DNA of 64,000 bases from the human T2T-CHM13v2.0 reference genome, Homo sapiens: NCBI RefSeq assembly GCF_009914755.1, contig NC_060926.1; one strand, written 5' to 3'. The translations under genes and the position numbers were made by a program. Shown in pieces: positions 1 to 14,488 of the stretch (position 1 is its first letter; each line of letters starts with the position of its first letter). The notes beneath the pieces were generated by a model. The model saw only the letters and a list, made by a program, of their open reading frames with translations, was not told where the DNA came from and did not search any database.

Positions 1-569
1 GGACCTAAACAGGTCTACAAAGTAAGAGGCAGAGACAAATTTCAAAGCCAAAGCTATCTGACTCCATATGGGAGCTCCTCCATACTGCATAATGTCCATG
101 CCACTCTCCACTATGACCACTGCAAAGCAAGAGGAGATGTCAGAAGCCTTACCTTCCCACACTCAGCCACTGTGGGAGATGGCTAATGGACCCCCACCCC
201 TCAAAAAACAACAGAGGTGCCCAATTGCCCGGCAAACTCCATTTGCCCTCTGGGCTTGGCCCTCCTTGGGAAGGATTTTATTTAACTACACTTGATAAGC
301 TCTGAAAAACCAACAACTAAACCCAAATTAAACAAAACAACAACAAATTAAAAGAGGGGTTATTCAAAGGTTGTCCCTCTTTCCCTCCATTTTATTTTCT
401 CTCCCTTTTTTGTTTCATCTTTCTCGTGAAATCAGCCACACTATCTGTCACCTGACAATGACAGGAGATATATCTGTGCACAAGCTAAACTCATTCACAA
501 AGATGCTCTCATTTGATCCAAAATGAGACTTCAAAGACTCTAAAAAGTTATTCCAACAAGAAGAACCCT

Positions 570-1220
570 CACATACTGGTGAAAATGGTGGTGGAAATGC
601 AAGACAGAAAAGTCACTCTGGAAAATAGGCAGTTTCTTAAGAAGTTAAACATACATTTACCATAAAGCCCAGCAATCCCACCCCTAGATATCTATCCAAG
701 AGAAATAAAAACATATGTTCACCCACATAAAAACTTGTATATGAAAGTTCACAGCAGCATTATTTATAAGGCCAAAAAGTAAAAACCAACCCAAATGTCC
801 ATGAACTGGTGAATGATTAAACAAAATATGGTTTGTCCATAAAATGGAATACTATTCAGCCATATAAAGGAAGGAAGTAGTGATACATGCCACAACATGA
901 ATGAACCTCAAAAACATCATGCTAAGTGAAGAAAGCCAAAACCAAAATACCATATATTGTATGATTCTAGTTATAAGAAATATTTAGAAAAAGCAAATCT
1001 AGAAAGACAGAAAGTAGATTCGTAGTTGTTTGGGACTGGGGGTGGGAAAATAATTAACTGTAAAAGGTCATGAGCAATTTTACTGTGGTGATGAAAATGC
1101 TCTAAAACTGGATTTTAGTCATGCTTATACAACTCAGAGAATTTACTAAAAACTACCAAATCACGCACTCAAAATACATAAATTTTATGTTATATAAATC
1201 ATACCACAATAAAGTTGTAA
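570..1220 (+). mobile_element. Old L1 (L1MB/L1MC-type) ORF2 end and 3'UTR fragment
   Basis: Typical L1M text 'cccagcaatcccacccctag...aaatgtccat...atggaatatactattcagc...atgaacctcaaaaacatcatgctaagtgaa', ending in 'ccacaataaag'. Confidence 0.85.
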
Positions 1221-1306
1221 GAAAAGTGTGAGTACACAGACCATTTAAAAATAAGGTTTATTCCACTCCTACTATACTGAACAAACTTAAAATATAATGG
1301 AATGTT

Positions 1307-1447
1307 GGCGGGTGCAGTGGCTCACACCTGTAATCCTAGCACTTTGGGAGGCCAAGGTGGATGAATCAGATGGATCACTTGAGGCCAGGAGTTCAAGACC
1401 AGCCCTGCCAACACGGTGAAACCCCATGTCTAAAACAAATACAAAAT
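1307..1447 (+). mobile_element. Alu left monomer (FLAM/AluJ-like)
   Basis: 'ggcgggtgcagtggctcacacctgtaatcctagcactttgggagg...' with no right arm; approximate TSD atataatggaatgtt (1292-1306) / atatattagaatgtt (1681-1695). Confidence 0.85.
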
Positions 1448-1448
1448 C

Positions 1449-1493
<45 letters not shown>

Positions 1494-1572
1494 TGTATGC
1501 ATATATTGTGTGTATATACACACATATATACACACTTAGGTATATTAGGTGTGTGTATATATATATATACAC

Positions 1573-1615
<43 letters not shown>

Positions 1616-1685
1616 TATATATGTATATATGGATAAGCCTAAAATAATATATACACATAGATATGTGTGTATATATACATATATA
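1449..1685. repeat. Compound (TA)n/(CA)n/(TG)n microsatellite
   Basis: Directly visible alternating dinucleotide tracts. Confidence 0.95.
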
Positions 1686-3165
1686 TTAGAATGTTAACAT
1701 TTAAAATTAAAAAACAGAAAGTTTAAGCCTTCTGACTAATTTATTAACAAAGAGCTTTGTGTCTTTAAGGAAAGAAATCCAATCACACTTAATCAAAACT
1801 AGTTTTCAAGATGTTGTCAGATAGTTGATATAACTTAAAATAATAAAGATATCATTTGCAAATGGTCTCAAATCTAATCTCTTCCGTATTATAATTCTCT
1901 ACATACTAGTACAATAATTAAAGAAAAAAAATTTATTTCCAAGTACATGATTGGCTTCTGAGATAAAGATAACAATTACAAAGCACTATAATTCCAGATC
2001 AGCTCTTCTAAGATTTCATTTAAAGTGAATATAATAGTGACAGAACAAAAAGAGAAACAATTTTGTAAAAATTTTTTTCAAATAAGTAAGTTATATCTCT
2101 GAATCTGAGTGAACACTTAAAATCTTGATTTAAACATAGTATACACCACCATTTAATGTTTAAAATAAAAATATACAATCTCTTACAAAACAATTTAACA
2201 TAGTCAAAAATGTTGCAATGTAAATAGAGAAAAACAAAGGTTTATTTTTTAGAGTTACACTCCTCAGTACAAAACCTGCAGATTGTCACAGAATGCTCCA
2301 GGGACAAAGGGGACACCACAGTGAGCAAACCAAGTGTCACTTTGTTACCCAACAGACATCAACATCTAGCCTGGACCGTCATCCAGACCATGGGTTCCCA
2401 TGATGCCAGTCCACTAGACAGAGTTATGGTGACCTCCTGCCCCTCACTAAAAATCTCCAATGTAAGTTACTCCCACAAACCACAGGGAAAATGCCCAGTG
2501 CCATGTGGAATGCCCAAACCTGCAACAACTTATGGAAGAGTAAATAGGAAAAAAAATTCACATAGTCCATAAAGTGTCAGCCTGTTAAAGAACAGATTAT
2601 CAAACTGAAGTTATTAAACTCTCCTGCAAATTCATCCTCAGTCAGAGGACAAAGGATTGTGGGGGAAAGGGGCGGGAGTGGAATCCTTATGAAATACTTG
2701 TTTCTTTCTGAGGTGTTAATTCAAAGATACCATTGTTATTACCAAAGTATTCTCTTTCCTGAATTTAAAAGAAAATTTGGGGGGAAAAAAACTGTACTCA
2801 AAAGAGTAATATCAGTAGTGGCAAGTAAGTGTTGTCACAGCTTTTACTGTCTTCATCAGCTTGAATTTTGCAAGACATACCTTTGAAGTAGTCAGAAAAA
2901 CTGCTACTTTAACAAAAATTTCATAAACAAAATTCAACAGACTCATTTTTTTTGACAAAAACAACAAAGGCTTTTCAAGTTTGTGATGTTAGAGAACAGA
3001 GATGTTAACTTTAATAAACGTCTTGAGTCTTAAAAATAAATAGACAAAAACACTGCTGTAAAGTTATAGGGGGAATAGAATAGAGATGGCTGACTGAAAT
3101 ATGTACATTCAGGATATTTCAGAAGAATCTGCCTATTTCTAATAAGATCGAAATTGGATAACACA

Positions 3166-3478
3166 GGCTAGACATGGTGGCTCATGCCTGTAATCCGAGC
3201 ACTTTGGGAGGCTGAGGTGGAAGAATCTCTTGAGGCCAGGAATTCAAGACCAGCCTGGATAACACAGCAAGACCTTATCTCTACAAAACATTTTAAAAAT
3301 TAGCTGAGCATGGTAGCATCACCTGTAGTCCTAGCTATGAGGAAGGCTGAGGTGGAGAATCACTTGAGTCCAGGAGCTCAAGGCTGCAGTGAGATGTGAC
3401 TGCACCATCGCACTCCAGATTGGGCAACAGGCTCAGAGACCCTGTACTGAGACCCTGTCAGAACAACAACAAAAAAGC
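3166..3478 (+). mobile_element. AluJ
   Basis: Dimeric Alu with old-subfamily features ('tgaggccagg aattcaagacc', 'aggctgcagtgag') and a decayed A tail. Confidence 0.9.
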
Positions 3479-3929
3479 ACAGAAAAAAATTAGATGACAT
3501 AAACAGAAACTCAGATATATCTTTGCCACTGATGAAAATACTTGTTTTTAACTATTGAGTCTGTCAGTGTATTAGATATTATCCATCTCTTTTTTTAAAG
3601 TATATTTTTTAAAGCAGTATGATGTAACTCTCACAGCAAACAAATTCAAAAATGAATAAGTAGACTGATTCACCACAAATTAAAAGTGATCAGTTTTTTA
3701 AAAAATTAGGTCTGTGTTTCTCTTCTTTGTCAAGGGCTTAATTGGTCATGATTTAAGCCAGAGACAGAAGAGAAATATTTCCCAGGTCCTCTGAATGCTT
3801 TTCAAAAAGCAAATTTGGGGCTGTAGGTGAGAGATTATAATCAGGTTTAAAGAATAGTCAACATTAGCTCCTAAATTTGGGGGAGGAGGGAGAAGCCTTT
3901 TATGCTATTGGAAACTGGCTTCCCAATAT

Positions 3930-4750
3930 AAGCATCTACTGAGTGACTATTCAGTGGTTACCTGCACAGTGCTAGACTACAAAGATGAGGTGTTCAAAAT
4001 CTAAGAGATAAAACAGTCATATAAGTAGATACACTACAATTCAACTTTAAGGATAAATTGCGCTAGAAACAAAAAGGGTGTGACTAACCTGCTCCAAGGA
4101 TTCAGTAATGTCTCACAGACGTCATGGCTTTGAGTTCAGTATTGAAGAATTAGTAGGAATTCACCAGTAAGGAGAGGCATTCCAAGAGAAAGGAATCCCG
4201 AGCATAGGGGAATGAAAGTCTGAGAGCAGGACTTGTTCAGGAAAATGTTTCTGTGATGCCAAGAGTGTAGCAGTGGGAGCTGAAGCTGGACAGAGAGTTG
4301 GAATCTAAATCATAAAGCAACATGTATGTCAAGCTGATATGCTGGCGGGGGCTGGGAAGAGCCCTGAAAAGTAATTTCCAGCCACAAAGTGATATGACCA
4401 GACCATCATATTAAGAAGAGCATTCTAGTAGCATTGTGGAGGATGATACCGAAAGGAGAAAACCTGAAAACAATTACAATGGCCCCAGGTAACAGGGAAG
4501 ATGATACAGATTCAAGAGATATTTTCAAGGGGTAGAATTTCCAGACTTTAGTATTTAATCAGATGGGGAGAAGGCAGGGAGAGGGACAGTTACAGAAGGG
4601 AGAAGTTTAGGAAGGTTCCCAGATTCCTCCAGCCAACTGGGTGGATGGTACTACCATTTACAAAAACAGAGCACATAGGGAAGGCATGACAATTGAGGGT
4701 GGATAGTTGTGTTCAAGATACTTGTAAAACTTAACATGCAGATAAAAAAC
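3930..4750 (-). mobile_element. L2 fragments
   Basis: Degenerate antisense L2 3' text ('catctactgagtgactat...cacagtgctagactacaaagatga', 'taggaattcaccag...ggcattcc'); boundaries approximate. Confidence 0.65.
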
Positions 4751-4914
4751 TGAATATATGAAATCCAAAAGTCTAAGACTACTGAAACTTCCCAAGACAT
4801 TTTCTTCATGTATAACTCTTTAGGTGACTATTATGCAGGTTCAGGCTTAATCACTTGACAGATCTTTATTGCCAGCTTCCCAGACGCAAGGTATTCCACT
4901 GAGCATTTGATGAG

Positions 4915-5444
<530 letters not shown>

Positions 5445-5499
5445 ATCACTCTTTATACTAGAAACCCTGTGAGCTGGGGGAGAGGAGGAGGATGAGATA

Positions 5500-6085
5500 T
5501 GTAACATAAAAATACCATAATATACTGTGAAAGATGATGGATAGCTCTAAAAAAGATATAGAGTGATGAGTGGTCAGAGAAAGAGAGACCACCAATAGGA
5601 AAGATCTAGGGAAGAACTTCTATATAAACAGCCTGCAGAATGAGTGGGATTTAGACATGCAGAGACAGAGACAAAAGGGCATTCCATGCGGTGGGAAAAG
5701 GCCAGACAGCATGTGCAAAGGCTTCTGCTCAGAGAGCCTGCCTTTATGTTAGGACTCTGACACTCACTAGCTGTATGACTTTGGACAAAATAATGAATCC
5801 AAATGAGAATAATTGCAACTACCTTTCGGTCACCATTAGGATTCTATGAGATAATATATGTAAGACTCTTAGCACAGGGCACAGGCAGCTGGCATCATAT
5901 TTAGCAGATATACAGAGACAGAAAACTGGGGAAGGTGAATTTGCAGTGTATAGTTCATGATGGTGAGCAGTGGGCGGAAAGTATAAAATAGACTGTAGAG
6001 GTTAAAAAAAGCAAAGAAGACTTTGGACTTCATTCTACATGCAAGAGATGCCACTGAAGGTTTTAGAACAGGAAAGGAAGATGAG
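5500..6085 (-). mobile_element. L2 fragment with nested MIR (~5740-5910)
   Basis: L2-like 'ggcattccatgcggtgggaaaaggccagacagcatgtgcaaaggc' and 'gactttggacttcattct...ccactgaaggttttagaacagg'; MIR core 'cactcactagctgtatgactttggacaa'. Confidence 0.6.
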
Positions 6086-6282
6086 CATCTTTTATCTTTC
6101 CAAACATCAGACTTTTTATTTAAAATATAAGAAACTCTAATTATAAAATGATCTGCTTCCCATCCTATGCTTGACCACACGAGTTTTCAATAAGTACAGA
6201 GGTTGAAAATACTAATTCTAGATCTGCTTTAAAAAAATTGGCTGAAACTCTACAGCTTACATATATTTTTTAACTTTACCTT

Positions 6283-6322
6283 TGTATGTGTGTGTGTGTC
6301 TGTGTGTGTGTGCAGGTGTGTG
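6283..6322. repeat. (TG)n microsatellite
   Basis: Visible TG tract. Confidence 0.9.
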
Positions 6323-6959
6323 CTGTATAAGTCCTTGGGCCATGGCGGCCTCAGAGACTAGTACTGTATGTGAAACCTAAGACTCAGCATATTTGTTGAT
6401 GTTTCTGATAATATTTTCTTTTTACTAATCACAAATGCAGTATGCTGGGTTGATATGAGCAACACTGATAAGCTCTTTCCATATATGTATATATATATAG
6501 TACATATATTTATACATGCATGCATACATATAAAGTAGTTCTCATATGTTTATATTCTATCAGGATGACTAATCTCAAACATTTTTTATAATTATCACAC
6601 ATAAAGCTCATATTCTTTTTACAGCATGTTTTCATCCAAATCTTAAGCCCTTTTTCACTCTTCATTTGCCATTGAACTCCCACTAGAATTAAAAATAACC
6701 AAATTTCCAATTCAGATATACAAGCGCTTTTCTTCCAAGCAGCTTATGTTGCTTTATAATTAGTCTAAAATTTGTTAAGTCCTTGTGAGATAGTAGGTAT
6801 GAAATACTATATAACCTCACTGGCCTGTAAAAGAGAAGTAAATATTTTTTCTAAAAGTTCACTGCAAAAGAGTGACAACACTGTGGAGGCCATGTTACTC
6901 AAACGTTATGTCTCCATCCATCTATTCTATATCATGGCAGTTAACTATAACTATACCAG

Positions 6960-7170
6960 TAATTCATTTTTCCAAACATTAATGAGTACCTAGCATTTGC
7001 CAGACACTATGAAAAACTAGGGGGAAAAATGAGTAAAACGCACCTAAGTCTTGGTATCTGCCTTACAGGAATTCTCAGTTAAGTGGGGTAGACAGACCCA
7101 TTCCCAGTTAATAATCTAGACCAAATCAAACCAGGATTGGTTTTCAGGAGCCCAAAGGAGGGAGAAAGGT
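6960..7170 (-). mobile_element. L2 3' end fragment
   Basis: 'attcatttttccaaacattaatgagtacctagcatttgccagacactatg' matches the antisense L2 tail. Confidence 0.65.
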
Positions 7171-7592
7171 GAATACAACATTAAAAAGTATATCAAATTT
7201 TATTCTCAAATCCCAATTCTAAGATCTATAGGTTCCCCCAAAATATGCATGCTAAAAATGTTTAGACCAAGTCATCCACTTAAGATTTCCTAAGGTAACT
7301 TGTATTTCCTGGTCTCTTTTTCTGCTGGACTTTAGTTTGTACGACTTTGATTCCTAAAGCAAACAAATCATTTCACCTAGGAAAGAAATTCAGGCTGTGA
7401 CATTTGACTAAAACTCTATAGCTTCCTAGTAAATAAATATGAGTAAATATTAAGTTTGCATTCAAATATTGTAGTTCCTAGGCTATTCATCTTTGTATCT
7501 CAAGGACCAGCTCAATATCTGGTAGAGTAGAAGGGAGATTGTTGACTTAACTGAATGAATTATAAGACCAGTATTAGATGATGATAATGCAC

Positions 7593-8206
7593 TGTCGGGA
7601 TCCAGAAAACAATACCCCAAATGAAGGCCTTAGCAACAGCCTTAGAAGCAAAAGGTTTTCTCTGACCTTCTCCTATGTTCCTGTCTCTCAGTCCCATTCT
7701 CCCCACCAAGGCTAGCTGTAGAAACTAGAATCCCTCTTCCACAAGGCGTGTCATAGAAACTAGAACCCCTTTTCCCCAACACCAGCCAAAAAAGCTAAAA
7801 ATATTACCCTAACTTACCTCCACCTTTCCTTGCAAAACCTAGCCATAGAGAAGTTACCTAACCACAGAGGGTCCTGCTCCATACCCAGAAGAAAGGAATG
7901 CTGATCACAGAGGGCAAGAAGCATCTAGACAGACAGGGCTTTCTGGGTTTCCCCACTCAGTCCATTCACATTAGATCGTACTCTTTTTGTCCAATCCTAT
8001 TTCTATGTGGCTGTCCACACTTTGTTGAACCTAAGCATGAAAATAGAGAATTTCATCTCCATCTTTGGATCTTCACTCTAAAGCCCCCTATGTATACTCA
8101 TTAAATAAATCCTTATGCCTTTTCTCCAATTAATCTGCCTTTTGAGAGTTGATTTTTCAGTGAACTTTCAAAGGGCCAAGGGGAAAGCTCTTCCTTGGCC
8201 CCTACA
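7593..8206 (+). mobile_element. ERV1 solo LTR (MER31/LTR54-like, MER4 group)
   Basis: TG...CA termini, perfect 4-bp TSD gcac (7589-7592 / 8207-8210), poly(A) signal near 8100-8110, 'cagaaaacaataccccaaatgaaggcct' start; subfamily name tentative. Confidence 0.85.
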
Positions 8207-8520
8207 GCACCAACTAACCAGTAAGGTAAAAGCATCTTGGACTACAAGAGATAATGTCACTCCTAATAACTGAAACTTATATAAATCTCAGAGCCTGGTT
8301 TTTTTCACATAATATTATAACATAAGTGCTTTTTTCATTTAATTAAAAAATTTCCAGCATGTCATTTTAAAAGCTATGTAAATATCTTATTGCATGACTA
8401 CATCATAATTTTTCTAACCATTCTTATTAATTAGAAATAGCCTAAAGGTCCCTTTTTTATTTTTATGTGCAGTATCATGGTGAACATCTTTATGAATAGA
8501 GATTTGTATGGATTTCTGAC

Positions 8521-9302
8521 TGAAATCACCTTTGCAAACATTATGACAGTGAGAGAGACCTAAAATAACTGACTCGATTTTACTGCTAAACTCATAAGCT
8601 GTCTTTGCTGATTCCTGCATATAGGCCAGGCTATGGGAGGAATTTAGTTTACAATTTAACTTTAAAACAAAGATGCTAATAGTTCCTTACCAAACTTAAT
8701 CCCCTCCTTGCTAGGGAACTGAAATCACCTTTGTAAAACTAATGAAAGGCCACAGGGTTAGTTTACGGTAGAGGCCTGAACTCTGCTAAGATGTAGGTAT
8801 AGTTAAACTCTAACCAGTCATTGTTTTATAGCTTGCCTTTTTTGTAACTGCTTACTAACAGGAGTCACATGGCCGGTGGTCACAAGATTTATAACTTCCT
8901 CAATTGCTTCTATAGAAAACATCCCTACTGTAAAATCTAAAACTAGTGTTTAAGACTTTTCTTTTCAGACCTTGCATTCCAACAGACCAACTGGTGCCAC
9001 CCAGACTGGTAACATGCACCCAGAAACTGACTCAGCACAAGAAGACAGTTTCAACCCCCCTATAATTTCATCCAAGACCCAACCAATTAGCCTTCCCTAT
9101 TCCCCAGCCCCCTGCCCACCAACCTATCCTTGAAAAACCCTAGCCTCAAAATTCTCAGAGAGGCAAATTTGAGAAATATCCCCCATCTCCTTGCTCAGCT
9201 TGCCCTGCAATTATTAAACGCTTTCTCTGCTGCAATACCCGCCATCTCAGTGTATTGGCTTTTTCTGGGCAGTAGGCAAGAAGAACCCATTGGGCTGTAA
9301 CA
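8521..9302 (+). mobile_element. LTR8-family solo LTR (ERV1; LTR8A/B)
   Basis: Starts 'tgaaatcacctttgcaaacattatgacagtgagagag', internal repeat 'tgaaatcacctttgtaaaact', ends 'tgggctgtaaca'; 4-bp TSD tgac/tgat. Confidence 0.88.
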
Positions 9303-11367
9303 TGATTACTTCTTACAATAGAAACCAGAAATGGAAATAGGAAAGTAATATATTTAAAAATTGTTGACACATTGACAAACTTCTTAAAAAAAAAAAAAAG
9401 CTTAAATACATTCTGACTGCAGGTTATGAAAGTATTCGTTCTACTGGACCTCTGCCAGCATTAAGCATTCTTTTTTTAATCAATGCAGGTTTCCTAACTT
9501 AAACATGCCTTGATAATATAAATAATTTACATTACAAATATAAATAATGTCCTCTGCATCTAACAGTTTCAAAGCAGGGGACCCTGTAAAGACTTCAGAA
9601 GAGCTTATTAGGAAATAAGCTATTTAGATGGAGGCTTAACTTTTTTCTTAGCATCTACAGATAGCTCCAGACACATTTTATCTTTATTGCTAGCCTTCTT
9701 AAAGGCAAACTTATGGCCTGCCACTCTGCAGATTTTCATATTCAATTAAATTCTGGGACTTAATTCTCGCTCTAAGACTTGACAATGCATTAAAACGCAT
9801 GCATTTTTTAAAAGGGACAAAAATTAGTTCAGAAAGTACTTACTATAAACTAAACATTGATGTTGACCAAACCCTCAACACCTCCTTTAAAGAACTCAAG
9901 TTCTTCCAGAAAGTTCTTTTCCTCAAGGGTTTTATTTATTTTAACCTCACTGTTCTGAATCATTCTGAGTTAATGATTATGCTGTATGACCTTTCAAAGA
10001 GACATGACTTTGTTACAACAAACCACCCTTGTGTATTACATTTATACTCTTTTCTATACACATATGACAGCAGATGGAATAATGAGTCTTGGATTCTATT
10101 TTACATAAAGTTCTACCACATATTTTGTTCCAATATCAAGCATCCCCAAAAATGTTCCTCCTCAAGAAAAAAAAAGATTATATAAACCTTTTGCTAATAA
10201 TTAAAATTCTCAAATGATTGGTGCTACCTCTGTGACCCCAAGAAGAATCAAATGAGATGATATATGTGAAAATGCTCTACACAACTCTAGAACTTCAAGT
10301 TTTTTTAGTAGATACAACTCTGTGAATATCAATGTTTTGCTTTTATGGGAGGGGAGGGAAAGAAATTCAAAGTTTACTTCCCCATCCCATGACATCCAGA
10401 CACTGTAAGCATTAGCAGTATGTTGGACCACTTCATCATACTTACATACATACATGCATACATACATACATACATGCAATCTTACACCATCAAAGGATGT
10501 GAGCAGTTCAAATAATCTGCATAGAAACAATTCCCACTGCTAGAAAAAAAAGAGTAAATGCTAAGTAATTGTTGCTGTCACTAAAAGCATGAATGGAAAA
10601 CTTTTGAGTTTCAAAGAACAATAAAATTCCAAAAACATTTTGCAGACTGACATAAAGTAACTAACTTTTATTTATCAATGACATTTTTAAACTAGCTCAA
10701 TTAACACCACTTTACCATTTAATTCCTTACGTTGAATAACCTATGCATTAATAAAAAGTCCATTGTCTATGTTTTTCTAAGCCCATAAAAACATTGCCTC
10801 AGAACAGCATTTGAAAACAACTTATCTAGACTATACTGGATTTCAAGGACAACCTACCACACCTCCATTTCTTGTCTGTATTCCCCTGTTACTTCCTTTA
10901 ATCTTCCACCCCATCTCTGTCAACAGGATGAGTCACCTATCCAGGACTCAACACTTTAGAATCTACAGTCAAGGCAGGCTTGATTGGAGGGAAACAAAGC
11001 CCCCACATGGAAGGCAAGATTCCAACAGTGAGGGCTTCCTTATTTTCCCGCTTTAAATCATTTCCAAGGCTAAAGATTAAGACTTACTTAATTCTTATCC
11101 AGAAGGTGGCTCTTTTCAGAAATTGAAGTAATAATAACAGAATTTTCATGTAATAAGTAGTCTGATTATAATGGCAGAAATACATTTTATCTTTTTTATG
11201 AAAACCCTAAAATATCAGAATAACTTTTTTAAATTATAAGTTATAAAAGGTGACTAATATTTTCTAAAAACTGGTTTCTTTACTGTGAAACTTGCCTTTT
11301 AAATGTTGCATCATATTAAAGAGACAGTTGGAAGGGATGCCACAATTACAGAAATTGACAAAAAGAA

Positions 11368-11627
11368 TTTTATTTTTTGAGACAGAGTCTCACTCTGTTG
11401 CCCAGGCTGGAGCACAGTGGCGTGATCTCAGCTCACTGCAACCTCCCACGCCCAGCTGATTTTTGTATTTTTAGTAGAGACAGGCGTGGGAGTCTCTATA
11501 AAAATATAAGTTTTTGTATTTTTCACCATGTTGGCCAGGTTGGTCTCAAACTCCTGACCTCAAGTGATCTGCCCGCCTCAGCCTCCCAAAGTGCTAGGAG
11601 TACAGGCATGAGCCACCATGCCTGGCC
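11368..11627 (-). mobile_element. Rearranged AluS (internal deletion plus inverted insertion)
   Basis: Antisense Alu, TSD-like 'aagaatttt' at both flanks; jumps from 'gcaacctcc' to 'cacgcccagct'; non-consensus insert at about 11485-11520. Confidence 0.9.
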
Positions 11628-13912
11628 AAGAATTTTTTTTTAAGGAAAAAACTACCAATTCTCAAATTAGAACCAAAAGCCTAAGTTCTCCATGTATTTT
11701 GCAATTACATTTATGACAGCACAGTTTCTCCTGCTTTAGATTTTTTAAAATACTTATTTAAAATGTAAAAGACTCTCAATATCTAAACCTACAAGTACTG
11801 TCATAGATCAAAACATAAAGTGACTTAGGCTTACTTCTAATTAAATTTTAGAAAAAAATAATATCTTTTGGTTTGGAAACATGAATGGTTATACTTCTCT
11901 TGAGCATTCAATAATGTTTAGTCCATACTTTTCCAAAGCCTAAATAAAAGCAGTATATAATATTTTCCTAAGCCTTCATCTATCATTTATTCCCAAAAAG
12001 GAAAAAAGACACAGGATGAATCTCACTTTACATTCTCTTCTAGCACAGTCTCCCAATCCCCACAAATGGCTTAGATTACAATCACTCAAGTCATATTGAA
12101 TTTAACGTTCTTTAGTATGAAAACTTGGACTTTCCCTGAATCCAGCTCACGTAGTTTTGTTTATTTTGTAAAATGATTTCAAAATAGTGCTGGTATTTAT
12201 ATGAAAAAATTGTCAAAAAATATAATATTCTCATTTTGCTGAAAACATACAGTCTCGATCAACAACAATTACAACAGTTTTCTATAATGTATTTCTTAAT
12301 ATGTTGTCTTCATTTAACCAACTTTGGTGTTCCAGACTTTTCTTTGTTTTTATTTGTTTGTTCCAACCTAATTGAACTGTACGTCATCCTAGAATGGATA
12401 TTTAAAGTGAAAATCTGAATTAAAAAATTATTGTGGAGCTCCCTTCCCTCAGAGAGAAAATATGTTACAAAGTCAAACAATAACATATTATCAAATTCAC
12501 ATAACTGAGGACCCCTAAATTCTACAAAAAGTTCAAACTTCATGTTAGTATCAGAAAGCATCTTGGAACAGCTGGCTTTCGTTTGTTACACATAATCGCA
12601 CTCCAATGCAATTGATTATGCACACTCCAATGTGACTGATTATGTTATACATATTCGTACTCCAATGGTGGCAGTATTTCCCTTCTACTTCTGGCTAATT
12701 CCCTCCCTTCTACTACTCCTCAGATCCCATGACTGTTCCTTCCTTCCTTCCACAATTACGTGTCAGGCATGGTTCTAAGGAACAATAATGGGTAAGAGCA
12801 ACTATGGACGGTCCCGCCCAATGGAGCTCATGTGTGGTGGGACAGGCATGCTCTTCACCCAGCCTTGCTCTTCCCAATACCACCAGGCAGTGGAAAACAG
12901 GCATGGGCAATGTTCTTACACAGGGCTACCTCTCATACTTGCAAAGAGTACACATGGAGGTCCAAATCCCTATGTCTAAATATTTTAAAGTCTATAAATT
13001 AAGCTAATAAATATGATCTCTTCTTCTACCTTGACTTTCATAATGGCCTAAAAGACCAGATTTGAATTGGGAATTCAGAATGCAGGAGTGTTGGAGGTGA
13101 CAAGTACCCTTATCCTTCCACCCCTAGCTCCATTCAGCACCACAAGGGGCCTCACCTCTGCATAATCATGGGCACCTGTGCCAGCTCATGAAATTCCATT
13201 CACATCTCTGCAATTAGCTGCTCCTTAGACACCCCTTGGGACTGAGAGTGTGTATACTGGCTTCTCTGTTTGCCCCCAGTAGGAACCCCCACAAAGAACC
13301 CCAAACAACCCCAAGAAACAGGCTTGGGGCTTTTGGGCATGGAAATCCTATATCTCAGAGTGCCACAGGCAGGGCACGGGCTCCAGGTGCATACATTCCC
13401 TTGGGCCTACGGACTCCTTGCCCTGTGCAGAGGGGCAAGATAGAAGAGGGCCAGAGAAAGGGAAGGGCCTCTTGCCTAGATCTATGGGCAGTAGTGGGTT
13501 CATCTACAGGCAGAGGTAGATTGTTCAGTGTCAGTCAAGAGCCGCATTGAGAGGAAAGGGCAGAAAAAGAACTAGGGACAAGGGAAAAACACATACTATC
13601 CTGATGCTACTGAGTGCTCCCCCTACTCCTTCTGCCCTCCTGTTCCCCTCACCCAGTCGGCCAATAGCAGCAAAGGGAAGGGAAACAGGAGAGGACCCTA
13701 CTCTGCTGTGGCAGGGAGTGGTGTCTCCCCGTAACAGCAGAGTACACAGCCCAGCAGAATCAGGAGGGGAGAGAAAAAACAAGAAAAAAGTGGAAAGCAA
13801 CTGATGTTTATTAAGATTCTGCTCAAGGCCAGTTCTGCCCATCTCAGACGGATAGAAACACAAACACAAAAGTTTCAAAAATAAGCCGCAGCATTTTAAA
13901 AGTTGTTTATTA

Positions 13913-14488
<576 letters not shown>

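Noticed and set aside
1287-1697. ORFs rich in Y/I/H/T/C/V
   Set aside because: Translations of dinucleotide microsatellites.
2270-2560. Minus-strand acceptor 'ttgttgcag|' near 2520 and a + strand 83-aa ORF
   Set aside because: No convincing paired donor and no recognisable protein.
9799-10185. 128-aa ORF in AT-rich unique DNA
   Set aside because: F/L/Y/K-biased composition typical of chance AT-rich ORFs; no splice or domain support.
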